This document shows, in pieces, positions 30,019 to 40,066 of a stretch of DNA of 64,000 nucleotides. The notes below the pieces were generated by a model. That model made no database searches. It had not been told where the DNA came from and was given only the letters and a program-made list of their open reading frames with translations. Each line of letters starts with the position of its first letter. Positions within the stretch are counted from its first letter, which is position 1. The translations under genes and the position numbers were made by a program. This stretch comes from an uncultured Bacteroidota bacterium (GTDB taxonomy: Bacteria > Bacteroidota > Bacteroidia > Chitinophagales > Chitinophagaceae), in the NCBI GenBank assembly GCA_963830175.1, contig CAWHKV010000007.1, positions 173,255-237,254 on the forward strand. The letters run 5' to 3'.

Positions 30019-30819
30019 ATGGCAAGAATTATAGGTGTAGCAAATCAAAAAGGTGGAGTCGGAAAAACCACAACAGCAATAAACCTTGCTGCAAGCCTTG
30101 CTGTGCTTGAGTTTAAAACGCTGCTGGTAGATGCCGACCCGCAGGCAAACAGTACAACAGGTGTAGGCTTTGACCTGCATAATGTAAATATTAGCCTGTA
30201 TGAATGTATGATTAATAATGCCACTGCAGATGAAGTGATATTAAAAAGTGAAGTACCAAACCTGTACCTCATTCCTTCTCATATTGATTTGGTTGGCGCC
30301 GAAATAGAAATGATAAATTATCCTGAAAGGGAACTGGTATTAAAGAATTTATTAAAACCAGTGCAGGATGATTATGATTTTATAGTGATTGATTGTTCTC
30401 CCTCGCTTGGGTTAATAACTGTGAACGCCTTAACTGCAGCAGACAGTGTAATTGTTCCTGTTCAATGTGAATTTTTTGCTTTGGAAGGTTTGGGCAAATT
30501 ATTAAATACCATTAAGATCGTTCAAAACCGGTTAAATACTGAACTGGAAATTGAAGGCATTTTAATGACTATGTATGATGGGCGTCTAAGACTTTGCAAC
30601 CAGGTCGTTAGCGAAGTAAGAAGGCATTTTGATGAAATGGTCTTCAGCACCATTATACATCGTAATACCAGGTTGAGCGAGGCGCCAAGTTTTGGAAAGC
30701 CTGCCATTTTATATGATAGTGAAAGCAAAGGTGCCATTAACTATCTTAACCTCGCGAAAGAAGTATTGCAAAAAAATAACATGACTAAAATTTCGCAGGA
30801 AGAAAAAATAATTGATTAA
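30019..30819 (+). CDS. parA: chromosome partitioning ATPase ParA/Soj
   Basis: Deviant Walker A NQKGGVGKTTTAINLA, with VIDCSPSLG. Confidence 0.92.
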   Translation: MARIIGVANQKGGVGKTTTAINLAASLAVLEFKTLLVDADPQANSTTGVGFDLHNVNISLYECMINNATADEVILKSEVPNLYLIPSHIDLVGAEIEMINYPERELVLKNLLKPVQDDYDFIVIDCSPSLGLITVNALTAADSVIVPVQCEFFALEGLGKLLNTIKIVQNRLNTELEIEGILMTMYDGRLRLCNQVVSEVRRHFDEMVFSTIIHRNTRLSEAPSFGKPAILYDSESKGAINYLNLAKEVLQKNNMTKISQEEKIID

Positions 30820-30856
30820 CAAAACACTTCTGCAGAGAGAATAAAAGTTAGAGACA

Positions 30857-31774
30857 TTGACAGTTCCAAAACAAAATAAAGAAGCTTTAGGCAAGGGCAT
30901 TCGATCCTTATTACAAAATATTGATGCTGATCTTAAAACAACATCAGGTTCTTTAAAAAACAATATTGATTCGCCGGCTGCGACCAATCGTATTCCGCTT
31001 GATCAGATACAGAAGAACCCTAATAACCCCCGCAGGGATTTCGATGAGCAAATGCTTAGCGAACTTGCCGCGTCAATAAAATTGCATGATGTTATACAAC
31101 CTATAACAGTAGTAAAGACGGGAAATAACCTTTACCGGATTATTGCGGGCGAAAGGCGGTATAAAGCAGCAAAGATCGCAGGGCTGAAAGATATTCCCGC
31201 ATATGTAAGGCAGGCAAATGACAATGAAATTCTCGAGCTGGCTTTACTTGAAAATTTACAACGTGAAGACTTAAATGCAATGGAGATTGCAATGAGTTAC
31301 AAACGGATGATGGAAGAGTTGAATTACAGCCAGGAGCAGGTGGCCGAACGAATGAGCAAAGAAAGAAGTACCGTAACAAACTATGTTCGGCTACTAAGGC
31401 TTCCACCAGATATTCAGTCGGCAGTTAGAAACGGAACGGTTTCAATGGGGCATGCACGCGCTTTAATAAACATAGACACCATTGATAAACAATTATTCGT
31501 TTATAAAGAAATTGTAAACAGGCAGCTGAGTGTAAGACAAACAGAAGAACTGGTTCGCAACTTATATAAGGCTGAAAAATCGTCGGCTAAAACTGTAGGA
31601 AAATTCGGGTTAAGTGCCCCGTTTAAACGCATAGAAGATAACCTCTCATCTCATTTTTCAACTAAGGTTAAAATATCTCAAAACAATAAAGGAGGCGGAA
31701 GTATAACTCTGGAATATTATTCTCCTGAAGAATTGAACAAGTTACTTGAACTTATGAACGTTGAGGTAAGCTAA
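30857..31774 (+). CDS. parB: chromosome partitioning protein ParB/Spo0J
   Basis: LGKGIRSLL, NPRRDFD, ParB box IIAGERRYKAAKIAG and the HTH SQEQVAERMSKERSTVTNYVRLL. TTG is the only in-frame start after the upstream stop. Confidence 0.92.
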   Translation: MTVPKQNKEALGKGIRSLLQNIDADLKTTSGSLKNNIDSPAATNRIPLDQIQKNPNNPRRDFDEQMLSELAASIKLHDVIQPITVVKTGNNLYRIIAGERRYKAAKIAGLKDIPAYVRQANDNEILELALLENLQREDLNAMEIAMSYKRMMEELNYSQEQVAERMSKERSTVTNYVRLLRLPPDIQSAVRNGTVSMGHARALINIDTIDKQLFVYKEIVNRQLSVRQTEELVRNLYKAEKSSAKTVGKFGLSAPFKRIEDNLSSHFSTKVKISQNNKGGGSITLEYYSPEELNKLLELMNVEVS

Positions 31775-31777
31775 TGC

Positions 31778-32395
31778 ATGCGAAACAAACTTATTATAGC
31801 TGTTCTTTTATTTTTTACTTCGGTATTAAAACTGGTGGCTCAGGATACAACCAGGTTATTTCCTGCACTTGCAAAAGATAGCATAATTAAAGAAGAATCA
31901 TCTAAAGCAACTATTAAAGTTGATACCCAGGCTATAAAAATGCATGACCCGAATAAGGCAACTTTTCGTTCTGCAGTTATTCCCGGCTGGGGACAGGCAT
32001 ATAATAGGGAATATTGGAAAATACCTATTGTATATGGTGCGCTTTCCATCCCAACCATCACATTTTTCTATAACAATACGTGGTATAAGCGAACTAAAAA
32101 TGCTTATGAAATAACGGTGAATGGGGACACTGCAAACTTCGCTAATATTCACCCCAAACTGCAAGGCCTGTCTGCACAGTCTTTACAATTTTACCGTAAT
32201 GCCTTTAGGCAAGACCGGGATTATTCAGTGTTATGGTTCGTGGTTATTTGGGGTTTAAATGTGGTGGATGCAACTGTATTTGGCCACCTGAAAGACTTCG
32301 ATGTAAGCGATGATCTTAGTTTGCATATAAGGCCTAATTATGATCCTCTTTCCAAAAGCGGCAATGTGGCATTAGTTTTTAACTTAAGAAAATAA
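31778..32395 (+). CDS. DUF5683-like membrane protein (usual parB neighbour in Bacteroidota)
   Basis: Signal peptide and the motif SAVIPGWGQAYNREYWKIPIVYG. The family assignment is from memory. Confidence 0.65.
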   Translation: MRNKLIIAVLLFFTSVLKLVAQDTTRLFPALAKDSIIKEESSKATIKVDTQAIKMHDPNKATFRSAVIPGWGQAYNREYWKIPIVYGALSIPTITFFYNNTWYKRTKNAYEITVNGDTANFANIHPKLQGLSAQSLQFYRNAFRQDRDYSVLWFVVIWGLNVVDATVFGHLKDFDVSDDLSLHIRPNYDPLSKSGNVALVFNLRK

Positions 32396-32425
32396 AAAGA
32401 CGCGTCTTTTTAAAGAACGCGTCCT
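32395..32425. terminator. bidirectional terminator-like hairpins between convergent genes
   Basis: The aaaagacgcgtcttttt palindrome (32395..32411) and the alternative stem gacgcg/cgcgtc (32399..32404 / 32418..32423) both have T-runs on both strands. Confidence 0.55.
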
Positions 32426-32448
32426 GAAAATTAGAGAAGTCAAAATTT

Positions 32449-33696
32449 TTATCTGCCTACAACTATTTTATTGGTATAGATATTTGTAGCCACATCTTTA
32501 CTAATAACTTTCAAATTAAAAATACCTGAACGTATTATAGAAGGCAACATAATTTTTTCTGTTTGATCAGTAATAATATTCACTTCTTTCTTGTATAATG
32601 TATTTCCTGTTGCATCTAATATTTCAATGCTGTAATTCCCTGCAGGGATATTATTGAATTTCAAATCAAAACTTCTACCTGTTACCGGATTAGGAGAAAT
32701 AGTAACAAATTCATTACCTAAAACCTCTGTACCAATTGATTTAACAGGTACTTGTTTTTGATAGAGGAAAGATGCACTTGCAAGGTCAGATGCATTATAC
32801 ACTTCGTTTTCTTTTGATGCCATTTTCTCAGCAATAAGTGTTTTCATATCCAACAGGTAATACCCTTCTGCACTGGTGGCACAACTTAAAATAATATGGT
32901 CGTTGTTATCAACAGCTACACCATTAACAGTAAAAGCTTCAGGCAACCCTTTTATAGCGCCGATAAAGTCAGCCACTTTGGTTGATGGATTTATTTTAAA
33001 AATATTACCCTTTTGCGAATACAGATAAAGATTACCAAATGCATCTGCTAACATATCTCCCCCATAACTTGTACAAAGCGTGTGCACAGACATGTTGCCA
33101 TTTTTTTTACCATCGGTAAGTGAACCCAAATCTGTAATTACAATTTTCTCACCGGAAGAAAATTTAATTAAATGCTTACTGTTATTGGTAAGCGCATAGC
33201 CATAACCATCCGGGGTAAAAGCCATTCTTGTAATAACATCCTCTTCTCCCTGCTCTGTAGCAAAAGGTTTTAAAGAAGCATGCCTGACTACATATTGTTT
33301 AGGCTGCGGGTTATTTAAATCTATATACCTCAAATCTGTTCCATGCATATAAGTATAATATAGCCGGTTAAATTTGGAATCATATGCAAGAGCGGCAACA
33401 ACATCAGGTACAGCCTCATTTAAATCAATACCCTGCATTATTTCTGTTGTGGGGTTTATGATATTTTGAGCAGAAATAGGAAGCCTTGTTAAGGCATCAT
33501 AATACAGCGTCTGCTGGGTAACAGGGAAAATATTTTTTTCCAGGGCTGCTGTTTGCATATTGATCTCGCGAACAAAATTCCAGGTTATATCACCTTTGGT
33601 TTTACCTGTTACTGCAAAGACTTTTGGTGACTGCGCGAATGAAATTGTAGAAAAAAGGGTTAGAAAGGCTACGGAGGGTAAAAATTTTATTTTCAT
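32449..33696 (-). CDS. secreted protein of unknown function with T9SS C-terminal sorting domain
   Basis: Signal peptide MKIKFLPSVAFLTLFSTISFAQ. The C-terminal ~85 aa (ISPNPVTGRSFDLKFNNIPAGNYSIEILDATGNTLYKK...) is a type A Por secretion tail. Confidence 0.7.
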   Translation of the reverse strand: MKIKFLPSVAFLTLFSTISFAQSPKVFAVTGKTKGDITWNFVREINMQTAALEKNIFPVTQQTLYYDALTRLPISAQNIINPTTEIMQGIDLNEAVPDVVAALAYDSKFNRLYYTYMHGTDLRYIDLNNPQPKQYVVRHASLKPFATEQGEEDVITRMAFTPDGYGYALTNNSKHLIKFSSGEKIVITDLGSLTDGKKNGNMSVHTLCTSYGGDMLADAFGNLYLYSQKGNIFKINPSTKVADFIGAIKGLPEAFTVNGVAVDNNDHIILSCATSAEGYYLLDMKTLIAEKMASKENEVYNASDLASASFLYQKQVPVKSIGTEVLGNEFVTISPNPVTGRSFDLKFNNIPAGNYSIEILDATGNTLYKKEVNIITDQTEKIMLPSIIRSGIFNLKVISKDVATNIYTNKIVVGR

Positions 33697-33850
33697 AAGT
33701 AGAGTTTTACTGCACTAATTTAATAATAAATAATTGCAATAATTAACTTTTTATATGGATGATAAAATTCAAATTCAGGCAAATGGATGTCCTCAAAATT
33801 TATTATTAATATTACAAACAATAGGTTTTTAAGGCTAACGTTACATAATC

Positions 33851-34567
33851 ATGAAAATAGCGTTGATAGGATATGGAAAAATGGGAAAGGAAATAGAAGA
33901 GATCGCGGTAAAAAAAGGCTACGAAATTATTTTAAAGATTACTTCTGAAAATAAGGATGAACTTACCCCTGGTAATTTGAAAAATGCCGATGTAGCTATT
34001 GAATTTTCAAGCCCCGAAAGTGCAAAGCAAAATATTTTGACATGTTTGGAGGCAGGGGTACCGGTTATATCCGGTTCAACAGGCTGGTTGCATCACTTAA
34101 AAGAAGTGGAAGATTATTGTCATAAAAAAGGTGGCGCCTTTCTTTATTCTAGCAATTTTAGTGTTGGCGTAAATATATTTTTTGAGTTAAATAAGTTTCT
34201 TGCCAAACTAATGAGTATTCACCCAGAATACAATGTTTCGATAGAAGAAATTCATCATACCCAGAAAAAAGATGCACCAAGTGGAACAGCTTTAACCCTG
34301 GCAGAACAAGTGCTGGAAAGGGTTCCCTGTAAAGAAAAGTGGGTATTGGATTTTGGAACAGAGAAAGACTTAGTGATAACAAGCAAAAGAAAAGATCCCG
34401 CAGCAGGCACCCATACCATAAAATATTTCTCCTCAGTTGATGATATTGAAATAACCCATATTGCGCATAATCGCAAAGGATTTGCATCTGGCGCTTTATT
34501 AGCCGCCATGTTTATTGAAGGGAAAACTGGTGTATTTACTATGAAGAATGTGTTGGATAACCTGTAA
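33851..34567 (+). CDS. dapB: 4-hydroxy-tetrahydrodipicolinate reductase
   Basis: MKIALIGYGKMGKEI Rossmann start and the EIHHTQKKDAPSGTA signature. Confidence 0.9.
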   Translation: MKIALIGYGKMGKEIEEIAVKKGYEIILKITSENKDELTPGNLKNADVAIEFSSPESAKQNILTCLEAGVPVISGSTGWLHHLKEVEDYCHKKGGAFLYSSNFSVGVNIFFELNKFLAKLMSIHPEYNVSIEEIHHTQKKDAPSGTALTLAEQVLERVPCKEKWVLDFGTEKDLVITSKRKDPAAGTHTIKYFSSVDDIEITHIAHNRKGFASGALLAAMFIEGKTGVFTMKNVLDNL

Positions 34568-34568
34568 T

Positions 34569-35096
34569 TTACAATCCTATCCGCCATCCTGCTTTTAGAC
34601 CTATCCAGGAAGACCACCCATCCGGATCAATTTCTTTAAAAGCATCAACTGCTAATTCAACCTCAAAAGAATTTAAGCGAACACCTGCGCCTACGTCGAA
34701 GGAAAAACGTTGGTCACCATTATCAAGGTCTTTGTTTTTTACAAAGCCCACACCTGCGTCGCCATGTAAATAAAATAATTCAGCCAGGTTATGCCTAACA
34801 CCTATTCTTACCGGTATATAAGACAGATTTCCATAATCAGCTATTTCATCCGTTGCAGTTTTTGAAAAAAAACTGGCATAGCCAATAGTACCTGCTATAA
34901 AAGTATTTTTCTTGCCGTATTGTATACCGGTTTCAGCCCCGGCCCCTGCAGAATAACGATTTTTTGAGCTTTTATCCATAGGTACACCTGCCATACCATG
35001 GGCAATCAAATACAAGTTGCTTTGAGCTTGCATTGCCTGTGAAAACAGCAATGAAAAAAGTATACAAATCCCTGAAAATAATAATTTGGTTCTCAT
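34569..35096 (-). CDS. small outer-membrane beta-barrel protein
   Basis: 175 aa with a signal peptide, alternating hydrophobic beta-strand pattern and Gly/aromatic-rich strands. Confidence 0.6.
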   Translation of the reverse strand: MRTKLLFSGICILFSLLFSQAMQAQSNLYLIAHGMAGVPMDKSSKNRYSAGAGAETGIQYGKKNTFIAGTIGYASFFSKTATDEIADYGNLSYIPVRIGVRHNLAELFYLHGDAGVGFVKNKDLDNGDQRFSFDVGAGVRLNSFEVELAVDAFKEIDPDGWSSWIGLKAGWRIGL

Positions 35097-35154
35097 AAGT
35101 TGTTCATTTTAATGAAACTAAGATAATATAAATATTCGCATACTACAACACATA

Positions 35155-35186
35155 AAAAAAGCTGCGCCTTAATAGACGCAGCCCTT
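35155..35186 (-). terminator. candidate intrinsic terminator after the proline-rich OMP gene
   Basis: Stem gctgcg/cgcagc (35163..35168 / 35179..35184), followed on the minus strand by a T-run. Confidence 0.5.
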
Positions 35187-35198
35187 AAACATTAAAAC

Positions 35199-35906
35199 TT
35201 AAAATTTAAATGCCAAACCTCCGTTAAGTATATACTTTCCATACCCTGCCTCTAAATAAAATCCGGCATGGGGCGAAAAATTAAATTTACTACCGATCGA
35301 TACCTGGTATGCCAGGGAAGTAGGATCATCTAAAACAGCAGCTTTATCACCATTGGGATACAGGTAATCCTGTTTCCATTTATTCATACCAATGGCTGTT
35401 TTAATATATGGTTCAACATACCTGGAAGATGCAGGAAAATAGTTCACCATATTAAACAGTACACTCCAGTTTTCCAGGTAACCATTAAAGTCAGGTATAT
35501 CTGAATAAGAATTATGATCGAAATAAGCAGCACTTGTTTTTCCATAGGTACCTGCAACGCCAATGCTGGTCGACCTGCTGAATTGATAATCTAGTGATGC
35601 TGTTACCGGTCCTTGTTGCGTAACACTTCCTTTATAAGCATCGAAAAATTCAGCAAGGTGATTTTGATCTAGGTTTGGAAACCCATAACCAACTGTAAGA
35701 TTTAATGAAGGCTTAAATGCCGGCATTCTTTGCACTGGTTGCCTCCTGAAATTTGGAGGGGGTGGCGGTGGTGGTCGGCGATATACCCTTGGTCTTCCAT
35801 AAACAGGTGGCCCATAAGGTGGCGGTCCATAACCGGGATATTGTGCATCAGATACTACAGCAAACAGGGTAAGAATTACAGTCATTAATAAAGTGGACCT
35901 ATTCAT
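35199..35906 (-). CDS. outer-membrane beta-barrel protein with proline-rich N-terminal segment
   Basis: Signal peptide, then YPGYGPPPYGPPVYGRPRVYRRPPPPPPPNFRR, then a beta-barrel-like region ending in the typical C-terminal ...GLAFKF. Confidence 0.6.
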   Translation of the reverse strand: MNRSTLLMTVILTLFAVVSDAQYPGYGPPPYGPPVYGRPRVYRRPPPPPPPNFRRQPVQRMPAFKPSLNLTVGYGFPNLDQNHLAEFFDAYKGSVTQQGPVTASLDYQFSRSTSIGVAGTYGKTSAAYFDHNSYSDIPDFNGYLENWSVLFNMVNYFPASSRYVEPYIKTAIGMNKWKQDYLYPNGDKAAVLDDPTSLAYQVSIGSKFNFSPHAGFYLEAGYGKYILNGGLAFKF

Positions 35907-36175
35907 AAAAAGTTTTTTCTATGATTGGCATAAACATTAATCGTTTAATACGGTTGCCAAAAAACATTTTAGCTTAGAAAATTATCTTTAATCTCAATCC
36001 AAAAAATTGTCGTTAATGAATTGTTTAAGATTTGTGAAAATGTAATTTTTAATATTTAAATTTGGATACACATTACCTATGATTTCTGCTAACGGAGAAA
36101 TATTATTACCGACATCCCATCCTTACCAGCCTACAAGTTCTAAAAACTATTACTTATTAAAAATGAAAGGAAACT

Positions 36176-39100
36176 ATGAAACTTTTACCATTACACCTTA
36201 GCCGGTTTATAGCTGCATGTATGCTGCTATTTTGTTTTAGCACTGCACATGCCCAGGCTGTTAATGCGGAGAATGAAATTAAAAATTACCTGAAAACAGA
36301 AATGTCCCTTCCGGAAAATATGGTGCAATCTGTTTTTATAAGTAAAACTTATAATGATGCCTCAACGGGTATCAGGCACATTTATGCCCACCAGAAAATT
36401 AACGGACTAACAATAATTGGTAGCAATTTCGCTTTGCATACAACATCACTTAAAAAAGTTCCCGTTAACGAACTGGTCGATCTTCAAAAAATTTCAGTGC
36501 GACCTGTATCGACATCGGTTGACCAAAGAAAAGCTATATCGATAGTTTTCGATGCGATTAATTATACATATCCATCAGACCTTACCCTCAAAACACCTGC
36601 ATCGGGTGTAGATAAAAAAACTGTTTTTAAAAGAAATGAATCTTCCATATGGGATATTCCATTGCGGCTGGTGTATGTTCAAAAAGAAATGACCAATCAG
36701 TTGCTACCCGCCTGGGAAGTGCAGATGATGGATGTTTATAAAAAACACTACTGGGTTTGTTATATAGATGCCGCCTCGGGAGAAGTATTGAAGAAACTAG
36801 ATATAATGATGCATTGTGATTTTGGGCAACCAAATACTATTACAGATTTGAAAAAAAATCCAATGCGTACCATTAAAGAAAATGTGGTAAATGAACATTT
36901 TAATACGGTCCAGTTTCCTGACAACATACCACAGGGAGCGCCTGCTCATAATAACAGGTACAGGGTTTTCCCTTTACCATTCGAACATCCAAATGATGAT
37001 GGAGCCTCTCATCTTTTTGTTTTTAACTCAGGCGATGCATTAGGTTCTCCCGATGGCTGGCACCAGGTATTTGGACTGGGTGCTGCTACTACTTATCCAT
37101 ACACGCATGGTAATAATGTTTGGGCATTTTACGATCCAAGCCCGGGACCTTTGGGTGGTGTTCCCAGTGCAGATCCAGACCGTACAGCCTACAACAATAC
37201 TTTAATAGGCGGACTACCAAGTTTAGTTGAGCCCTTTAAATTTAATTACCCGTTCTATCCCAATAAAGAAGCGGAAACTTACAGAAAGGCGGCAATCGTT
37301 AACCTGTTTTACTGGAATAATTTAATGCATGATGTGTATTACAGATTTGGCTTTACAGAAGAAGCAGGCAACTTCCAGGAATCAAATATTTTCAGCACAG
37401 GCTTAAGAGGATCAGCCACCGAAAATCTTGCTTTAGACGAAGTATTAGCACAGGCGCAGGATGGTGGCGGAACAAATAACGCCAACTTCTTAACGCTACC
37501 CGACGGTGTAAACGGGCAAATGCAAATGTATTTATGGACAGCAAGTGTACCTGATTCTCTTTTGCAGATTACAGGCAGTTCAGACCCTGGTCAAATTCAA
37601 CCAGGTACAAAAATATTTGGCGTTCAGGGTTCTTTCAGCAATTTACCTACAGCAAATAATAATTTGCACGATAGCCCCGTAGTAAATAAACCACTGGTTA
37701 TATTAATCGCAAACCAGGCATCAACAGTGGGTGATGAAACAGAAGGTTGTTCTACCGGTCAGCAAAGTATTGCCCTTCCTCCATCAAATAATGTAAGAAA
37801 TAAAATTGCGCTCATAGATCGGGGCGAATGTTCATTTGTTGAAAAAGTATTAGGCGCCCAGGAAGGTGGAGCTGTAGGCGCGGTAATTATTAATAACATT
37901 GATGGACCACCACTTGCAATGGGCGGTTCTGACGGACCAACAAATGCAATTACTATTCCGGCAATTATGATCTCAAAGGCTGATGGCGATAATTTAAAAT
38001 CATTGCTTAATAATGGTGTAGAAATTAGGGGTTCATTAAAAAGAGATAACATTCCTCCACCCGGCCGGGATGGAGATGTTGACAATGGCGTAATTGCGCA
38101 TGAATATGGACACGGTATTTCGAGTCGTCTTACCGGAGGTGGCACTGGCGATGCCTTATTCCCGCTGGGTGGCGATGAACAAGGTGGCGAAGGCTGGAGT
38201 GATTTCTGTGCTTTGTACATGACCCTTCGGAATAACGATTTAAAATCTTCCAATGCAGACCATCCGTTTGGCATTCTTCCTTCAAGAGGTATTGGTAATT
38301 ATGTTACCTACCAACCCAACGATGGTCCTGGTATACGTCCTGCACCATATTCAATATATTTTGAAGTAAATCCATTAACCTTTCAGAATATAGATGATGG
38401 TGGAGAAATATCTATTCCGCATGGTGTTGGTTCTATCTGGTGCGAAATGATGTACGAAATGTTACAATCATTTATAGATAAATATGGAATGAATGATGAC
38501 ATTTATGAAGGTGCGAACCCAATTATGTCAAATGGCAGCAAAGTGCCAAATGCGAAAGCAAAAGGCAACAACATAGCAATGCGTTTAATAATTGAAGCAA
38601 TGAAACTGCAGGAATCTAGTCCAACTTTTGTTCAACAAAGGAACGCGATTTTAAAAGCGGATACTTTACTGTATGATGGTATGCATGCGTGCCTCATATG
38701 GAAATCCTTTGCAAAAAGGGGTTTGGGATATTCCGCTTTATCAAACACAAACAGTGTGGGGGATGAAGTTGAATCATTCGACGTTCCATTAACCTGTAAT
38801 CCTAACCAAAACAGAATTGAAATTTCCAAAGAAGGACCACATCAAATAGTAAATCATGATTTGGTTACTTATGCTATAACCGTTTCTAATTTATATAATA
38901 AACCTGTAAACAAAGTGGTGGTTACAGATACCATTGCGGCTATATACAACTTGTTGGGTGCAACAGGTAAACCTGCTCGCAATGGAAAGGTGCTTACCTG
39001 GACAACCAAATTAAATCCTAATCAAAGCAAAACCTATTATGTTAGGGTTAGAGCGATGGCCAAACAAGCATCTAAAGTGTTATTTGAAGATACACATGAA

Positions 39101-40030
39101 GATGGCACAGGCGGATGGCAAACATCAAACATTACCGCAACACAGGGTAAATGGCAATTAAAAACAAATAACGCACAGGCCTTTAGTGGATCAAACTATT
39201 GGTTTGCACCCAATGTTGGCACAGGAGGTTCTAATACTGCTTTAACCAGTACCACTTCTTTTATGGCAAATTTGTCAACCGTGCTTGTTTTTACCCATAA
39301 ATATTACACGCAGGGCGGTTATGATGGCGGTATAGTAGAAATTTCTGAAGACAATGGAGCTACATGGACCTTCTTGCCAAACGCCAAATTTATAAGTAAT
39401 GGTTATAACAATATGATCACCACACAACGCAATAACTATATTGGCGCGTTGAACAGGGCTGCTTTTTCTGGTAAGCAGTCTACCTATATAACCTCGGTAG
39501 CATCACTTGAAGATTATGCCGGTAAAAAGGTAATGGTTAGGTTTAGGTTTACATCAGACCCCAGTGGCGGCAGTGAACCTGACGGCGGTTGGTGGATTGA
39601 TGATGTAGAAGTGCTTAATAATAAAACGGATGTGGAAAATAAAGTATACGCTGTTACAACGCCGGGAGATCGTGTTACACTTCGTATCGGAAGCAATCCA
39701 TTTAACCTGACAACTGCCATTCTTATCCAGGATACAGCTAACTCTCCTGCTTCCTTTGCAAGGGAAATGCCTGTAGCAGATTTTAAAACGCAAATTGCAC
39801 CAAACCCTGCATCAACCAGCGTAATTATTTCACTTAATAATGCTTCAGCACAAAAGGTTACCATAAACCTGTATGATGAAATGGGTAAGGCACTTGCAAC
39901 ATTTAATGCAGGAAATAATACCAACATTAATTTACCAATAAGCGTGTCGAACCTTGCCAATGGCACCTATTGGGTTGAAATTAGAACACCTGATAAGATT
40001 GCGACTTATCCTTTATCAGTAAAACATTAA
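36176..40030 (+). CDS. M36 (fungalysin-like) zinc metalloprotease with PA domain, extra C-terminal domains and T9SS sorting domain
   Basis: 1284 aa with a signal peptide and the zinc motif VIAHEYGHGISSRLTGG (compare fungalysin HEYTHGLSNRLTGG). A PA-like insert is CSFVEKVLGAQEGGAVGAVIINN. The C-terminal tail is APNPASTSVIISLNN...GTYWVEIRT. Confidence 0.85.
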   Translation: MKLLPLHLSRFIAACMLLFCFSTAHAQAVNAENEIKNYLKTEMSLPENMVQSVFISKTYNDASTGIRHIYAHQKINGLTIIGSNFALHTTSLKKVPVNELVDLQKISVRPVSTSVDQRKAISIVFDAINYTYPSDLTLKTPASGVDKKTVFKRNESSIWDIPLRLVYVQKEMTNQLLPAWEVQMMDVYKKHYWVCYIDAASGEVLKKLDIMMHCDFGQPNTITDLKKNPMRTIKENVVNEHFNTVQFPDNIPQGAPAHNNRYRVFPLPFEHPNDDGASHLFVFNSGDALGSPDGWHQVFGLGAATTYPYTHGNNVWAFYDPSPGPLGGVPSADPDRTAYNNTLIGGLPSLVEPFKFNYPFYPNKEAETYRKAAIVNLFYWNNLMHDVYYRFGFTEEAGNFQESNIFSTGLRGSATENLALDEVLAQAQDGGGTNNANFLTLPDGVNGQMQMYLWTASVPDSLLQITGSSDPGQIQPGTKIFGVQGSFSNLPTANNNLHDSPVVNKPLVILIANQASTVGDETEGCSTGQQSIALPPSNNVRNKIALIDRGECSFVEKVLGAQEGGAVGAVIINNIDGPPLAMGGSDGPTNAITIPAIMISKADGDNLKSLLNNGVEIRGSLKRDNIPPPGRDGDVDNGVIAHEYGHGISSRLTGGGTGDALFPLGGDEQGGEGWSDFCALYMTLRNNDLKSSNADHPFGILPSRGIGNYVTYQPNDGPGIRPAPYSIYFEVNPLTFQNIDDGGEISIPHGVGSIWCEMMYEMLQSFIDKYGMNDDIYEGANPIMSNGSKVPNAKAKGNNIAMRLIIEAMKLQESSPTFVQQRNAILKADTLLYDGMHACLIWKSFAKRGLGYSALSNTNSVGDEVESFDVPLTCNPNQNRIEISKEGPHQIVNHDLVTYAITVSNLYNKPVNKVVVTDTIAAIYNLLGATGKPARNGKVLTWTTKLNPNQSKTYYVRVRAMAKQASKVLFEDTHEDGTGGWQTSNITATQGKWQLKTNNAQAFSGSNYWFAPNVGTGGSNTALTSTTSFMANLSTVLVFTHKYYTQGGYDGGIVEISEDNGATWTFLPNAKFISNGYNNMITTQRNNYIGALNRAAFSGKQSTYITSVASLEDYAGKKVMVRFRFTSDPSGGSEPDGGWWIDDVEVLNNKTDVENKVYAVTTPGDRVTLRIGSNPFNLTTAILIQDTANSPASFAREMPVADFKTQIAPNPASTSVIISLNNASAQKVTINLYDEMGKALATFNAGNNTNINLPISVSNLANGTYWVEIRTPDKIATYPLSVKH

Positions 40031-40040
40031 TTATTAAATC

Positions 40041-40066
40041 CTTCATCTAAAACCGCCCAATTGGGC
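40041..40066 (+). terminator. intrinsic terminator after the M36 protease gene
   Basis: Palindrome aaccgcccaattgggcggtt (40041..40060) followed by a T-run. Confidence 0.8.

Noticed and set aside
29802-31774. Possible oriC or parS sites near parAB.
   Set aside because: I saw no cluster of TTATCCACA-like DnaA boxes in the 217-nt region upstream of parA. By eye I found no TGTTNCACGTGAAACA-like palindrome in or around parAB. The CACGTG cores at about 13404 and about 14708 lie inside fusA and the OmpA gene, with poor flanks. An exhaustive computational scan is still needed.
34158-34617. Minus-strand ORFs 34158..34487 and 34255..34617.
   Set aside because: They are antisense to dapB, which has its diagnostic EIHHTQKKDAPSGTA signature in the plus frame.
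36031-36065. Promoter-like TTTG ... TAAATTTG upstream of the M36 protease gene.
   Set aside because: The -7 motif TAAATTTG (36058..36065) is perfect, but the nearest TTTG (36031..36034) gives a 23-nt spacer, outside the N19-21 window. It is not reported as a feature.
36627-39966. ORFs 36627..36833, 37759..38274, 38632..38829, 39514..39966 and 39554..39793 on the minus strand.
   Set aside because: They are contained inside the M36 protease gene. They have no start context or motifs, and their Pro/Ser-rich composition mirrors the Gly-rich sense frame.
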